From assembly GCA_965238075.1 (NCBI GenBank), contig OZ250173.1:384001-448000 (forward strand): 64,000 bases of DNA, in the 5' to 3' direction. The position numbers and the translations under genes are program-made. This stretch comes from Candidatus Entotheonellaceae bacterium. GTDB taxonomy: Bacteria; Tectomicrobia; Entotheonellia; Entotheonellales; Entotheonellaceae. Below, piece by piece: positions 17,002 through 27,500 of the stretch. Positions within the stretch are counted from its first letter, which is position 1, and the number at the start of each line of letters is the position of its first letter. Below the pieces are notes generated by a model. It did not search any database and was not told where the DNA came from. It saw only the letters and a program-made list of their open reading frames with translations.

Positions 17002-18702
17002 TTAGCGGCTGAACGCCACCACCATGCTGCCGTGTTCCAAGTTATGCTCTTGGAAATCCCAGCCCGGCACACCGCCGACCGGCTGCACGACGTACTGCTT
17101 GCCATCCAGCATGTAGGTGATGGGGCCGGCCTTCGGCGTTACACCAAGGTTGAAGGTGTAGAGAATCTCGCCCGTGGTGGCATTCGTGGCATGGAAGATA
17201 CCCGCCTGGCTGGTGTAGAACACCAGATTGCCGGCCGTCGTCAGCATGCCGCCTGCATACCCCCACTTGCCCTTCTGATCACGCCATACTTCGGCGCCGG
17301 TCTTCACGTCGATGGCCAGTTCAACTTCGTAACCCCAGATGAACTCCACCGAGGCGCCGAAGTGACGCACGTTGGCGATGACCTTGATGTCTTCGAATTT
17401 GTACTCCATACCCGCATTCGTTGCCGCCAGATACAGGTTTCCGGTCAACGGGTTGTAGGCATTGGGATACATGTTGACGCCGCCGAACAGACTCGGCCAC
17501 ACTTCTACCGCGCCGCCGTCTTCAATGGGTAGGTCGAGCTGGCCCACCGGACGGCCTTCGACGTCGTAACCCTGGATCCAGTTGATCCGGTCGGCAAACG
17601 CCGGGGCGCGCAGGAACTCGCCGGTCGCCGCATCCAGGTAGTGGATGTAGCCGGTCTTGTTCGGATGCACGACCGTCTTGCGACCGTCAATGGTGATGAC
17701 CATGGGGGTCTGCATGGTGTCGTAGTCCCACGGATCGCCGGGAACGACAACATAGCGCCACGCCGCCTTGCCGGTGTCGGTGCTGCACGCCACCACGCTG
17801 GCAGCGCCAAGGTTGTCCATCTTGCCGTCGCCGCGGGTCTTGGGGTTCCACGGATAGGCGTTGGCCGTGCCGGTGTAGTACATCTGCAAATCGGGATCCC
17901 AGGCGCCGGTGATCCAGGGGCCGGCACCGCCGTAGTCGGCGCTGTCGCCGGGCCAGCTTTCATAGCCGGGCTCGCCGGGGCCGGGAATCATGTTGCATTC
18001 CCAGAGAATTTCGCCGTCTTCAGGATTGACGCCATAGACCCAGCCCGGCAGGCCGCCGAAGTCGGTGCCGTTCAGGGGGACCAGGATCTGGCCGGGGATG
18101 GCCGTGGGTCCGATGGTGGTGGCGTAACCGGTCGAGTCTCCGTCCTCAGTTTTCTCGAAGTCCTCGGGATAATCGAGGTATTGCTTGACGAACCTCTGCT
18201 CGCCCGTCTTGTAGTCCATGGCGTGCAGCTTGGCGTCATTCGACAGGAAGTAAATGTTATTCCCGAGGATGGCCACACCGCGGTGCTTGCCGGTGATGAA
18301 ATCGACGTTGTAGCCGCCAAACGTCTCAGGCAGCTCGTGCTCGTACTTCCAGATCCGCCGGCCGGACCGGGCGTCAATCGCGAAGACTTTGTTGTCCTGC
18401 GCGAAGTACACCAGCCCGTCGTGGTACAGCGGCGTATTCTGCGCATCGGTGTCGCCGCCCGGCGCGAACATCCAGGCAACATTGAGGTCGGCAACATTGG
18501 AAGCGTTCAGTTGCGTCAGCACGCTGTAGCGATGCCCGGCGAGATTGCCGTTGGTGTGCAGCCAAGATGCTGCCGGGTCGGCCAGCAACATTGAATCCGT
18601 CACCGCCAGATCATTCTGTGCGTTGACCCATGAGGCGGTTCCCATCAAGCAGAGCGCCAACGCGACGCCCACGCTCGTGAGCTTCGTCAACATACGGTAC
18701 AT
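17002..18702 (-). CDS. PQQ-dependent dehydrogenase (methanol/ethanol dehydrogenase-like beta-propeller), paralog 1
   Basis: Same motif set as 14529..16244 (RYSVLTQLNASNV, GGAGPW, GTANAYPWN, PGDPWDYD, PITYMLDGKQYV); RBS AAGGAG. Confidence 0.93.
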   Translation of the reverse strand: MYRMLTKLTSVGVALALCLMGTASWVNAQNDLAVTDSMLLADPAASWLHTNGNLAGHRYSVLTQLNASNVADLNVAWMFAPGGDTDAQNTPLYHDGLVYFAQDNKVFAIDARSGRRIWKYEHELPETFGGYNVDFITGKHRGVAILGNNIYFLSNDAKLHAMDYKTGEQRFVKQYLDYPEDFEKTEDGDSTGYATTIGPTAIPGQILVPLNGTDFGGLPGWVYGVNPEDGEILWECNMIPGPGEPGYESWPGDSADYGGAGPWITGAWDPDLQMYYTGTANAYPWNPKTRGDGKMDNLGAASVVACSTDTGKAAWRYVVVPGDPWDYDTMQTPMVITIDGRKTVVHPNKTGYIHYLDAATGEFLRAPAFADRINWIQGYDVEGRPVGQLDLPIEDGGAVEVWPSLFGGVNMYPNAYNPLTGNLYLAATNAGMEYKFEDIKVIANVRHFGASVEFIWGYEVELAIDVKTGAEVWRDQKGKWGYAGGMLTTAGNLVFYTSQAGIFHATNATTGEILYTFNLGVTPKAGPITYMLDGKQYVVQPVGGVPGWDFQEHNLEHGSMVVAFSR

Positions 18703-18781
18703 GGCCTACTCCTTACTTGGTTGAAAAAATACGTTATGCCTTGCCGTGACACCGGCATGGCGCAATCCTGGAAGGGTGGCC

Positions 18782-18810
18782 ATGGTACGGAAGGCAATGC
18801 GGGAGGTCAA
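18782..18810 (-). promoter_or_regulatory. Sigma70-type promoter for PQQ dehydrogenase paralog 1
   Basis: Minus strand TTGACC-N17-TACCAT. Confidence 0.6.
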
Positions 18811-18967
18811 CCGAAAAAAGTGTCTTCGTTTCTGATGCCGCTCGACGGCGGCGCTGATCCGGCGGCTCCGTTACTTTCCCGGGATGCACGGATATAATGG
18901 TGGCCAATAGCCCTAGGGAACGCACCCCATCCCACTGTCAGACCCGCACCTCTGAAGGAGAAAACCT

Positions 18968-19396
18968 ATGCGCTTATTCGTCCTGGCGATCACCCTGGCC
19001 ATCTTTGCGAGCCTGGCGGCTACACCTCCAGCCTACACGCAAGACGCCAACCCTGAACTGACCGCGGATTTACAGAAATGGCTGGTCGGAAGCTGGATGT
19101 GCCGCTACAGCCGCTCGATGCGAATGCAGGCCATCTACGGGGCGGACAAGCAATTCGAGTGGATTTTCCATATCGGGATGGTGCCATACGCAACGACGAT
19201 TCGCATATTCGGGTCGTACGAAATCACCACGCCGGGCAACGACGGCCACGACGCCATGGTGCTGGCAACGATCCAGGGCTCGTTTCCGGAGGACCCTCAA
19301 TATCAGGCAGGCCGAGAGGAGCAGGCGGACTTCACGCGGGCCGGGCCGAACGCCTTGCGAGATGGCACCGGGGACTGCGAGCGGGGCTCGGAATAA
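18968..19396 (+). CDS. Hypothetical secreted protein
   Basis: AAGGAG RBS, hydrophobic signal peptide, LVGSW lipocalin-like motif; TATAAT upstream near 18893. Confidence 0.65.
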   Translation: MRLFVLAITLAIFASLAATPPAYTQDANPELTADLQKWLVGSWMCRYSRSMRMQAIYGADKQFEWIFHIGMVPYATTIRIFGSYEITTPGNDGHDAMVLATIQGSFPEDPQYQAGREEQADFTRAGPNALRDGTGDCERGSE

Positions 19397-19470
19397 GTGG
19401 AAGCGAGGCCAGATGATCGGCTAATGATCGCTCGCTCCCTCAACATGTGGTAACTCAGAAGAGGCTCCGC

Positions 19471-20592
19471 CTAGTTCCCCCAATAATGCGGCACCAGGAT
19501 CTCCATGGGGGGCCGCAGCCGCCGGGCGTGCGGCACGGCGCGTTCGGCGAACGTCCGCTGCGACTCGAGCACCTTGGCGAAAAAGGGATTCTTGGCGGAT
19601 TCCACCTCGAACACCTTGTCCATCGCCTCCAGCTCGGCCCTCAGCACGTCGTCCGGCGTGCGCATGATTTCCACGCCGTGCTTGCTGGTCAATTCTTCGA
19701 CCGCCTTGCTTTCCATGTCTACGCTGAGCGCCGCCATGCGGATGATCTCAGCCAAGCAGGCGGATTTGACGATGGCCTTGAGGTCGTCGGGTAACGCCTC
19801 CCAGACGCTGGTGTTGATCAACAAGTCCTGGAGTGAAGCGGGCTGCCGCAGGTCGGGCATGTAGTAATACTTTGCGACATTGTGGAACCCGATGAGGATG
19901 TCGTGGCTGGGGATGGCCCACTCGGCTCCGTCCACGGCGCCGCGCTCCAGAGCCGGCAGCACCTCGCCGCCGGGCAGGGTCACCACCGATACGCCCATGT
20001 TCTGCATCATTTCCATGCCGAGGCCGGAGGTACGGTACTTCAACTGCCGCAACTCATCCAGGCTGGTAAACGGCTTGCGCACCCACCCAAATGCTTCCCA
20101 ATACGGCAGGCCGGTGGTGAACAAGGCAACGACGTCCAGGCCGAGTTCCTTCTGCAACAATTCGTTGTAGAGGCTCGCCCCATCGCCGGCGAACAGCCAG
20201 GCGATGAATTCCTCGCGCCCGAGACCGAACGGGCCACCGGGAGGCGGGCCATACAGACCAGCGGCGGGATGCTTGCCGGCCCAGTAACCCGGCCAGGCAT
20301 GCGCGGCGTCGAGGAGGCCGCGGTGCACCGCGTCCAGAACCTCGAACGCCCCAACGATGGCGCCAGCCGGCATGACTTCCCATCGGAGCCGCCCGTCGGA
20401 CATTTCTTCAACGTCCGCCGCCAGGCGCTGAATCGACTTGTGCAACAGGTTGCCCGTCGGCCAGGTGCTCTGCAGCTGCCACACGATGGGCTTGCTGCGG
20501 TTCTCGGCCGCCACCTGGGAAATCCAACCGCCGCCGACCACCAGACACGCCAGCAGCAACGCAGTCGCCTTGATGCGATTCCACCCCTTCAT
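19471..20592 (-). CDS. dctP: TRAP transporter substrate-binding protein (DctP/TakP-like)
   Basis: Signal peptide, WQLQSTWP, EMSDGRL, PAGAIV.AFEVLDAV, LKYR, LPGGEVLPALERG.VDGAEW. Confidence 0.9.
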   Translation of the reverse strand: MKGWNRIKATALLLACLVVGGGWISQVAAENRSKPIVWQLQSTWPTGNLLHKSIQRLAADVEEMSDGRLRWEVMPAGAIVGAFEVLDAVHRGLLDAAHAWPGYWAGKHPAAGLYGPPPGGPFGLGREEFIAWLFAGDGASLYNELLQKELGLDVVALFTTGLPYWEAFGWVRKPFTSLDELRQLKYRTSGLGMEMMQNMGVSVVTLPGGEVLPALERGAVDGAEWAIPSHDILIGFHNVAKYYYMPDLRQPASLQDLLINTSVWEALPDDLKAIVKSACLAEIIRMAALSVDMESKAVEELTSKHGVEIMRTPDDVLRAELEAMDKVFEVESAKNPFFAKVLESQRTFAERAVPHARRLRPPMEILVPHYWGN

Positions 20593-20811
20593 GCCATGCT
20601 CCCTCTCGGCAAACCTTATTCGTCATGCACTGCCCAGCAGTGCGAAACGGCGGGCACCTTACGCGGTGGGTTGGGCGGTGTCAACCAACCCAATCCAGGC
20701 GGGAAATGCCCGCCCGGCATCGCGGACAAGCCACTTGAATTACGCGACTGAAGAATCTACCCTCGTCATTCGTCGTCCTAGCCCTGAAGCTCTTTCACGG
20801 AGGAAGCACCC

Positions 20812-22572
20812 ATGGCCGCAGGCAGCCAGCCGCAATACCGTGTCGCCGTCCACAAAGATGTGCCGTTCCAAACCCGCGACGGCGTCACGCTGCGCGCTGA
20901 CGTGTACCGCCCGGACGCCGACGGACGCTTCCCCGTGCTGCTCACACGCCTGCCCTACGACAAGAATGGCCGCCAACGGCCCGGCGACATCGACTGCTTC
21001 GTCGAACGCGGCTATGTGGTCGTCGGGCAGGACACGCGGGGCCGTTTCGCCTCCGAGGGTGACGAGTACTACCCGCTCATCTGGGAAGCCCAGGACGGCT
21101 ACGATGCCGTGGAATGGGCCGCCGCCCTGCCCTGGTCGGACGGCAACGTCGGCACCATGGGCCAGTCCTACCTCGGTGCCACGCAGTACCTGCTACTGCC
21201 GACCCGACCGCCGCACCTGAAGACGGCGTTTCCGATTTCCGCCTCCGCCGATTTTCATCAAAGCTGGGTCTACCACACCGGCGGCGCCTTTGAATTCGGC
21301 TGGCAGATTCCCTACGCCATTCTGATGGCCCGCGACACGCTCGCTCGCGAAGGACTGACGGAATCGCTGCTGCCTGCCCTGGAACGAGAGATCACCGACC
21401 CGGTCATAGCCTTCGGCCAGCCCCTCACCGAGGAAGCCTATCGCCGCCTGCCGCTGACGGTTTGGGACGACCTGCTCAAGCCGGTGGCCCGCTACCTCGG
21501 GGAGTACCTGCGCCATCCCGACGACGGCCCTTACTGGTGGGCCATCAACCTGGAACGGCAACTGCACAACATCAACATCCCCATGTACCACGTCACCTCC
21601 TGGTACGACATCTTCCTGCGCGGCGGCCTGACGGCATTCGCCGGCCTGCGTGAGCACGCCATGGGGGAAACGGCGCGCAACCACCAAAAACTGCTCGTCG
21701 GCCCCTGGGCGCACCTGTTCCCTTACACCAGCCCCACCTCACGCGGCACCGGCGACATCGACTTCGGCGACAACGCGAAAATCGAATTGCACGAGACGCA
21801 GTTGCGCTGGTTCGATCACTGGCTGAAAGGCATCGACACGGGCATTGCCGACGAACCGCCGGTGAAGCTGTTCGTGATGGGAGAAAACGCCTGGCGCGAC
21901 GAGAACGAGTGGCCGCTGGCGCGCACCCGCTACACGCCCTATTACTTCCACAGCCGGGGCCAAGCCAACAGCGCCGCCGGCGACGGCAGCCTGAGCGCAG
22001 CGGCCCCCGGCGAGGAACCGCCGGACCGTTTCGTGTACGACCCCGATAATCCGGTGCCGACCCGCGGCGGCAATACCCTCATCATCCCCGTCGGCGTACA
22101 GGACCAGCGAGAGGTGGAATCACGGCAGGACGTTCTGGTTTACACGGGCGAACCGTTAAGCGAGCCGCTGGAGGTGACCGGCCCCGTCACCGTGACGCTC
22201 TTCGCCGCCACCAGCGCGCCGGACACCGACTTCACCGCCAAATTGGTGGACGTGCGGCCCGACGGCTACGCACGCAATCTGGCAGACGGTATCATCCGGG
22301 GCCGTTACCGCGCCTCCCGCACCCGCCCCACCCTGCTGCAACCCGACACCGTCAGCGAATTCACCATCGACTTGTGGGCAACCAGCCATGTGTTTCTGCC
22401 GGGGCACCGCATCCGGGTGGAGATTTCTTCCAGCAACTTTCCACGCTTCGACCGCAACCTCAACACCGGCGACGACCAAGCGACCAGCAGCCGGTTCCAA
22501 ACTGCGAGCCAGAGCGTGTTCCACGATCCCCGGTATCCCTCGCACATCGTGCTGCCGGTCATTCCGAGGTAG
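20812..22572 (+). CDS. CocE/NonD family serine hydrolase
   Basis: RDGVTLRADVYRP, QDTRGR..SEG, GQSYLG, SWYD, GPWAH, ISSSNFPRFDRN. Confidence 0.93.
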   Translation: MAAGSQPQYRVAVHKDVPFQTRDGVTLRADVYRPDADGRFPVLLTRLPYDKNGRQRPGDIDCFVERGYVVVGQDTRGRFASEGDEYYPLIWEAQDGYDAVEWAAALPWSDGNVGTMGQSYLGATQYLLLPTRPPHLKTAFPISASADFHQSWVYHTGGAFEFGWQIPYAILMARDTLAREGLTESLLPALEREITDPVIAFGQPLTEEAYRRLPLTVWDDLLKPVARYLGEYLRHPDDGPYWWAINLERQLHNINIPMYHVTSWYDIFLRGGLTAFAGLREHAMGETARNHQKLLVGPWAHLFPYTSPTSRGTGDIDFGDNAKIELHETQLRWFDHWLKGIDTGIADEPPVKLFVMGENAWRDENEWPLARTRYTPYYFHSRGQANSAAGDGSLSAAAPGEEPPDRFVYDPDNPVPTRGGNTLIIPVGVQDQREVESRQDVLVYTGEPLSEPLEVTGPVTVTLFAATSAPDTDFTAKLVDVRPDGYARNLADGIIRGRYRASRTRPTLLQPDTVSEFTIDLWATSHVFLPGHRIRVEISSSNFPRFDRNLNTGDDQATSSRFQTASQSVFHDPRYPSHIVLPVIPR

Positions 22573-22591
22573 GAGGCCTTCGCTCGCCGCG

Positions 22592-23599
22592 TCAGCCCTG
22601 TAGCCGTTGACGCAGATCGCTGATCGTGTATTTGCCCGGCTTTTCGCGTTTTGCCGCCATGTCATTGATCAGGTCCAGCAGGAGACTGCTGTATGGCGTT
22701 GGGACATTGTGGTGGCGGCCAAGCTCAACGATCTCGCCGTTGAAATAATCGGCTTCCACCTCGCCGCGCTGGTGATACAGGTCCTGCCACAACGAGGCGC
22801 GGCCCTTGAGTTCGTCGTCCTCCGGCACATCCGGCTTGAAGTCTGGATTGCGCAACTCGGCAATGCGGTCTTCGATCGGCCCCATGTCGGGCGGCCCTTC
22901 ATAGGCGATCCCGGCGGCGCGCAGCACCCGGACGCCCTCCTCCCACACGTCCGCCATCCACAGACGCGCCTCGCTGTCCGAACGCGCTTCCTGGCTGGCC
23001 AGCCCGGTCAACCCCATGGTGGCGTTGTTGAGGTTGATCAGCATCTTGTTCCACTTAGCTTGGACAATGCGTTCGGTGGTGTAAACCAGCAAGTCGGTCT
23101 TTTCCAGAGCAGCGGCAACGTCCTGGGCCGCTTGGCTGAGTCCCTCCGGATAGGTGCCGACGCCGACCGGCCCGTTGCCGGTGTGCACGATCTCTCCCGG
23201 GTTCAGGCGCTTCGCGCCGATCAGCACCATGACGCCGTTGACGTTTCTGAAGTATTGACCCGCCGTGGGCTCGTTGGCGACCCCGTTCTGCGAACAGAAG
23301 ATCGGCAATTCCAACGCCGTGGCACGCCGCAGCTCGGCACAAGCAGCAGCGCAGTGGAACGATTTGACGGACATGAATACCGCGTCGTCGGGTCGAAAGT
23401 CGATGTCGCTGGCCTGCATGACGGCGGTGACCGGCAGGGTGTGGTTGCCGAGCACCCCCTTGAGTTGCAAACCGTGCTCGTTGAGCGCCGCAACGTGCTC
23501 GGCAATTTTATCGATAAAGATAACCTCAAAACCGGCTTTGGCCAGTTGACCGCCCAGGATTCCCCCAATCGCACCCGCACCACACATGACGAAACGCAT
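22592..23599 (-). CDS. Ketopantoate reductase (PanE/ApbA) family oxidoreductase
   Basis: GAGAIG, VKS, QNGV, KWNKMLIN, SLWQD, EADYFNGEIV. Confidence 0.85.
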   Translation of the reverse strand: MRFVMCGAGAIGGILGGQLAKAGFEVIFIDKIAEHVAALNEHGLQLKGVLGNHTLPVTAVMQASDIDFRPDDAVFMSVKSFHCAAACAELRRATALELPIFCSQNGVANEPTAGQYFRNVNGVMVLIGAKRLNPGEIVHTGNGPVGVGTYPEGLSQAAQDVAAALEKTDLLVYTTERIVQAKWNKMLINLNNATMGLTGLASQEARSDSEARLWMADVWEEGVRVLRAAGIAYEGPPDMGPIEDRIAELRNPDFKPDVPEDDELKGRASLWQDLYHQRGEVEADYFNGEIVELGRHHNVPTPYSSLLLDLINDMAAKREKPGKYTISDLRQRLQG

Positions 23600-23698
23600 T
23601 GGTATACTCCTCCAGTGAACATTGACTGCCGCGACAACAAGGCCCGGTTGTACTCACAACAATACGACAGGTCAATAAGATGTCCGGCACCAGTAGGG

Positions 23699-24436
23699 TT
23701 AAAGGTCCGCCAGAAAATCGATAATCGCCTGGCGAAAGGCGACGACGTGGCTAGTCATGATGCCGTGACGGCCGCCCTCGATGCTGATCAAAGAGGCGTT
23801 ACGTAATCCGGCGTGCAAGCGGCGGCCTTCGGTAAACGGGACTTCTTCGTCCGCCGTGCCATGCAGGACGAGCGCCGGCGCCTCAACCTCACCCAGGCGG
23901 CTGGCAATCGGGTCGCCATGCAGGTGATAGGCCAGGTAAGTCTGCAGAATACCGCCGACGGATCCACCCGAGGCATGCCCCAGAATGTTCTGCAGATCCG
24001 ACAAAGCGATAGTGCCCAGATAGGTCGTCAGCGAAGCCAGCTCCGGCGGCACCCGCACCGTCTGCGAGGCGGTGCTGCTGAGCACCAGGCCCATGACCCG
24101 CTGCGGGTGATCCAGCGCGCACTGAAGCACCTGCGGCCCGCCGGCCGAGGTGCCCATAAGCACGGCCCGAGGGTGCCCCAAATGATCCAGCAACCCCAGG
24201 ATGTCTGCGACGAAACATTCAAACCCATAGCCGGCCGCCGGCTCCTCCGACTGCCCCGCGGCGCGGCGGTCAAAGGCGATAACCGTGGCGTGCTGCGCCA
24301 ACTCGGCCATGTGATGCTGTCGGAATACCTCGCTGCCCCTGCCGCCGCCCAAGCCGCCGTGCACGAACACAAACGGCACGCCCTCCCCGGCCACCTCGTA
24401 ATACATACCAAATCCGTTGATCCGTTCCCTCGGCAT
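23699..24436 (-). CDS. Alpha/beta fold hydrolase
   Basis: YYEVAGEG.P.VFVHG, GTSAGG nucleophile elbow, HGTAD, GGRH; start ATG 24436. Confidence 0.88.
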   Translation of the reverse strand: MPRERINGFGMYYEVAGEGVPFVFVHGGLGGGRGSEVFRQHHMAELAQHATVIAFDRRAAGQSEEPAAGYGFECFVADILGLLDHLGHPRAVLMGTSAGGPQVLQCALDHPQRVMGLVLSSTASQTVRVPPELASLTTYLGTIALSDLQNILGHASGGSVGGILQTYLAYHLHGDPIASRLGEVEAPALVLHGTADEEVPFTEGRRLHAGLRNASLISIEGGRHGIMTSHVVAFRQAIIDFLADL

Positions 24437-24550
24437 GTACAACACCCGCCACGAGGCAATGAACGCCTCGCTTTTTTGTTACCCCGTCAGGTTTTTGCTA
24501 CAGTTGAAAATCAATCCGCACCTTAATGGGTTGGAGAAAACGAGTCTAAC

Positions 24551-27500
24551 ATGAACATTCAGGAGTTATTGCAAGAGCGCGTCCTGGTTCTGGACGGTGC
24601 AATGGGGACTTTCCTGCAGGCCAAGCCGCTCACGGCTACCGATTTCGGCGGCCCCGACTACGAGGGTTGTTACGAACATCTAAACCTCACGCGGCCCGAC
24701 GTGCTCCGCGACATCCACGGCGCCTACCTGCATGCCGGCGCCGACATTATTTGTACCAACACCTTCGGCGGCACGCGCATCGTGCTTTCCGAATACAACC
24801 TGCAACATCAGGTGCACGCCATTAACGCCGCGGCGGCGCGTCTGGCGCGAGAAGCCGTCGCTGCACACAACACGTCGGACAAGCCGCGCTTTGCCGCCGG
24901 GTCGCTGGGACCGCAGACCAAGACCATCACCGTTACCGGCGGCGTGACGTTCGACGAGGTCATTGACGCCTTCCGCGAGCAGACCCTGGGGCTGCTGGAG
25001 GGCGGCATCGATCTGCTGCTCATCGAAACGGCGCAGGACACCCTGAACCTCAAGGCCACTGTCTTGGGCGCCCGCCGTGCCATGCAGGAGGCTGGACGCC
25101 AAGTACCCTTCATGATTTCGGCGACCATCGAGCCGATGGGCACCATGCTCGGCGGCCAGAACGTCGAGGCGCTCTATACCTCCATCGCACACTATAAACC
25201 GCTGGCCATTGGCCTCAATTGCGCCACCGGCCCGGAGTTCATGACCGACCACCTGCGCAGCCTCGCCGACCTGTCATCCGTTCCCGTAAGCTGCCACCCC
25301 AACGCCGGCCTGCCGGACGAAGAGGGTCACTATCACGAGACGCCGACGTCGCTCGCCACGCAGCTCGAACGCTTCATCGACAACGGCTGGGTGCACGTCG
25401 CGGGCGGTTGCTGCGGCACCACGCCGCAACACATCGAAGTGCTGGCCGACATGGCACAGAGCAAGCGTCCCCAACCCCCTGCAGGCCGAGGCCGCACGGT
25501 CGTGGCCGTATCGGGTCTGGACTACCTGCCCTTGGAGGCCGACAACCGCCCGGTCATCGTCGGCGAGCGCACCAACGTTATCGGCTCCAAGCGTTTCCGC
25601 GACCTGATCGGCGCCAGCGAGTTTGAGCGGGCTGCCGACATCGGCCGCGCCCAGATCAAGGGAGGCGCACAAGTAGTAGACATTTGCCTGGCCAATCCAG
25701 ACCGCGACGAATACGCCGACATGCAGCACTTCCTGAAATTCGTCGCCGGCAAGATGCGCGTGCCGTTGATGATCGATTCCACCGAGGCGCCGGTCATTGA
25801 GCTGGCGCTGAAACACTCGCCCGGCAAGGCCATCGTCAACTCGATCAACCTCGAAGACGGCGAGGAGCGCTTCGCCGCTATCGTGCCGTTGCTGCGTACG
25901 TATGGCGCCGCGGTGGTGGTCGGCTGCATCGACGAGGACCCAGTGCAGGGCATGGGCGTCAGCCGCGAACGTAAACTGGCCATCGCCCAACGCGCTTATG
26001 ACCTGCTCACCGGCGAATACGGCCTGTTGCCACGGGACATCATCTTCGACCCGCTCGTCTTCCCGGTCGGCACCGGCGACGAAAACTACATCGGCTCAGC
26101 CGCCGAGACCATCGCCGGCGTCCACGCGATCAAGGAACGGTTCCCCCTGTGCAGCACCATCTTGGGTATTTCCAACGTCTCGTTCGGCCTGCCCAACGCC
26201 GGCCGCGAGGTGCTGAACGCCGTATTTCTATACCACTGCACCCGCGCCGGTCTGGACTATGCCATCGTCAACTCGGAACGGCTGGAGCGCTATGCCTCCA
26301 TTTCGGAGGCAGAACGGCGGCTTGCCGAGGATCTGCTGTTTTGGCGCGGCGACGACCCCATCGGGGCATTCAGCGGATTTTATCGAGGGAAAAAGCCCGG
26401 CGCCCGCAAGCCGACCGTCACCCTCCCCTTGGAGCAGCGGCTCCCGTCCTACGTAGTGGAGGGGAGCAAGGACGGCCTGGTTGCCGACTTGGAACAGGCC
26501 CTGCAGCAGCATGCTGCCATGGAGATTATCAACGGCCCGCTGATGGACGGCATGACGGAGGTAGGGCGGCTGTTCAACAACAACGAATTGATTATCGCCG
26601 AGGTGCTGCTTAGCGCCGAGGTGATGAAGGCGGCCGTGTCCTACCTCGAGCCCTACATGGAAAAGGGTGAGAGCAGTCTGAAAGGCAAGATCATCCTGGC
26701 TACCGTGAAGGGCGACGTGCACGACATCGGCAAGAACCTAGTGGACATCGTGCTGAGCAACAACGGCTTTGAGGTCATCAACCTGGGCATCAAGGTGTTG
26801 CCGCAGCAGTTGATCGAGGCGTACCGCGCCGAGCAGCCGGACACCATCGGCTTGTCCGGGCTGTTGGTCAAATCGGCCCAACAGATGATGTTGACGGCGC
26901 AGGACCTGCGCGAAGCCGGCGTCAAGGCTCCTATCCTGGTGGGCGGCGCAGCGCTGTCGAATCGCTTCACGGCGCTGAAAATCGCCCCGGCCTACGACGG
27001 TGCGCCGGTGCTCTACGCCAAGGACGCCATGCAGGGTCTCGACCTCGCCAACCAGCTCAGCAAGGATTCCCAGCGCGAAGACCTCGTGGCACGGGTGCAA
27101 GCGGAGCAGCAGGCGTTACGCCTCCGCGCCAGCGATGCCGAACCGCAGCGCGCCCCTGTCGCGGCCATTCGCGCCCAGCGCTCAGCGGTGCGCACCGACG
27201 TGCCGCTGCCCGGCGTCCCGACGTTCGAGCGCCTGGTGTTCCGCGGCTTGTCGCTTGACCATTTGTGGCCCTATCTGAACCCGCAGATGCTCTACGGCAA
27301 GCACATGGGCCTGCACGGCAACGTGCAGAAACGCTTCGCGCAGGGAGACCCCAAGGCCATCGCCATGAAAGAGCGCATCGACGCAGTATTCCAGGAGGTG
27401 GTAGGTGCCCAGCTGGTCAGCGCGCACGCCGTGTGCCGCTACTTTCCGGCACAGGCCGAAGGCGATTCGGTGCTCATCTACGACCCGGACAACCCCGCCA

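Noticed and set aside
14400-18960. PqqA precursor peptide near the PQQ enzymes
   Set aside because: No short ORF with the ExxxY motif was found in the intergenic gaps.
24452-24550. Hairpin plus T-run and leader upstream of metH as a SAM or cobalamin riboswitch
   Set aside because: No recognisable aptamer motif; the gap is short and the likely metH promoter (TG-C-TACAGT) lies downstream of the hairpin.
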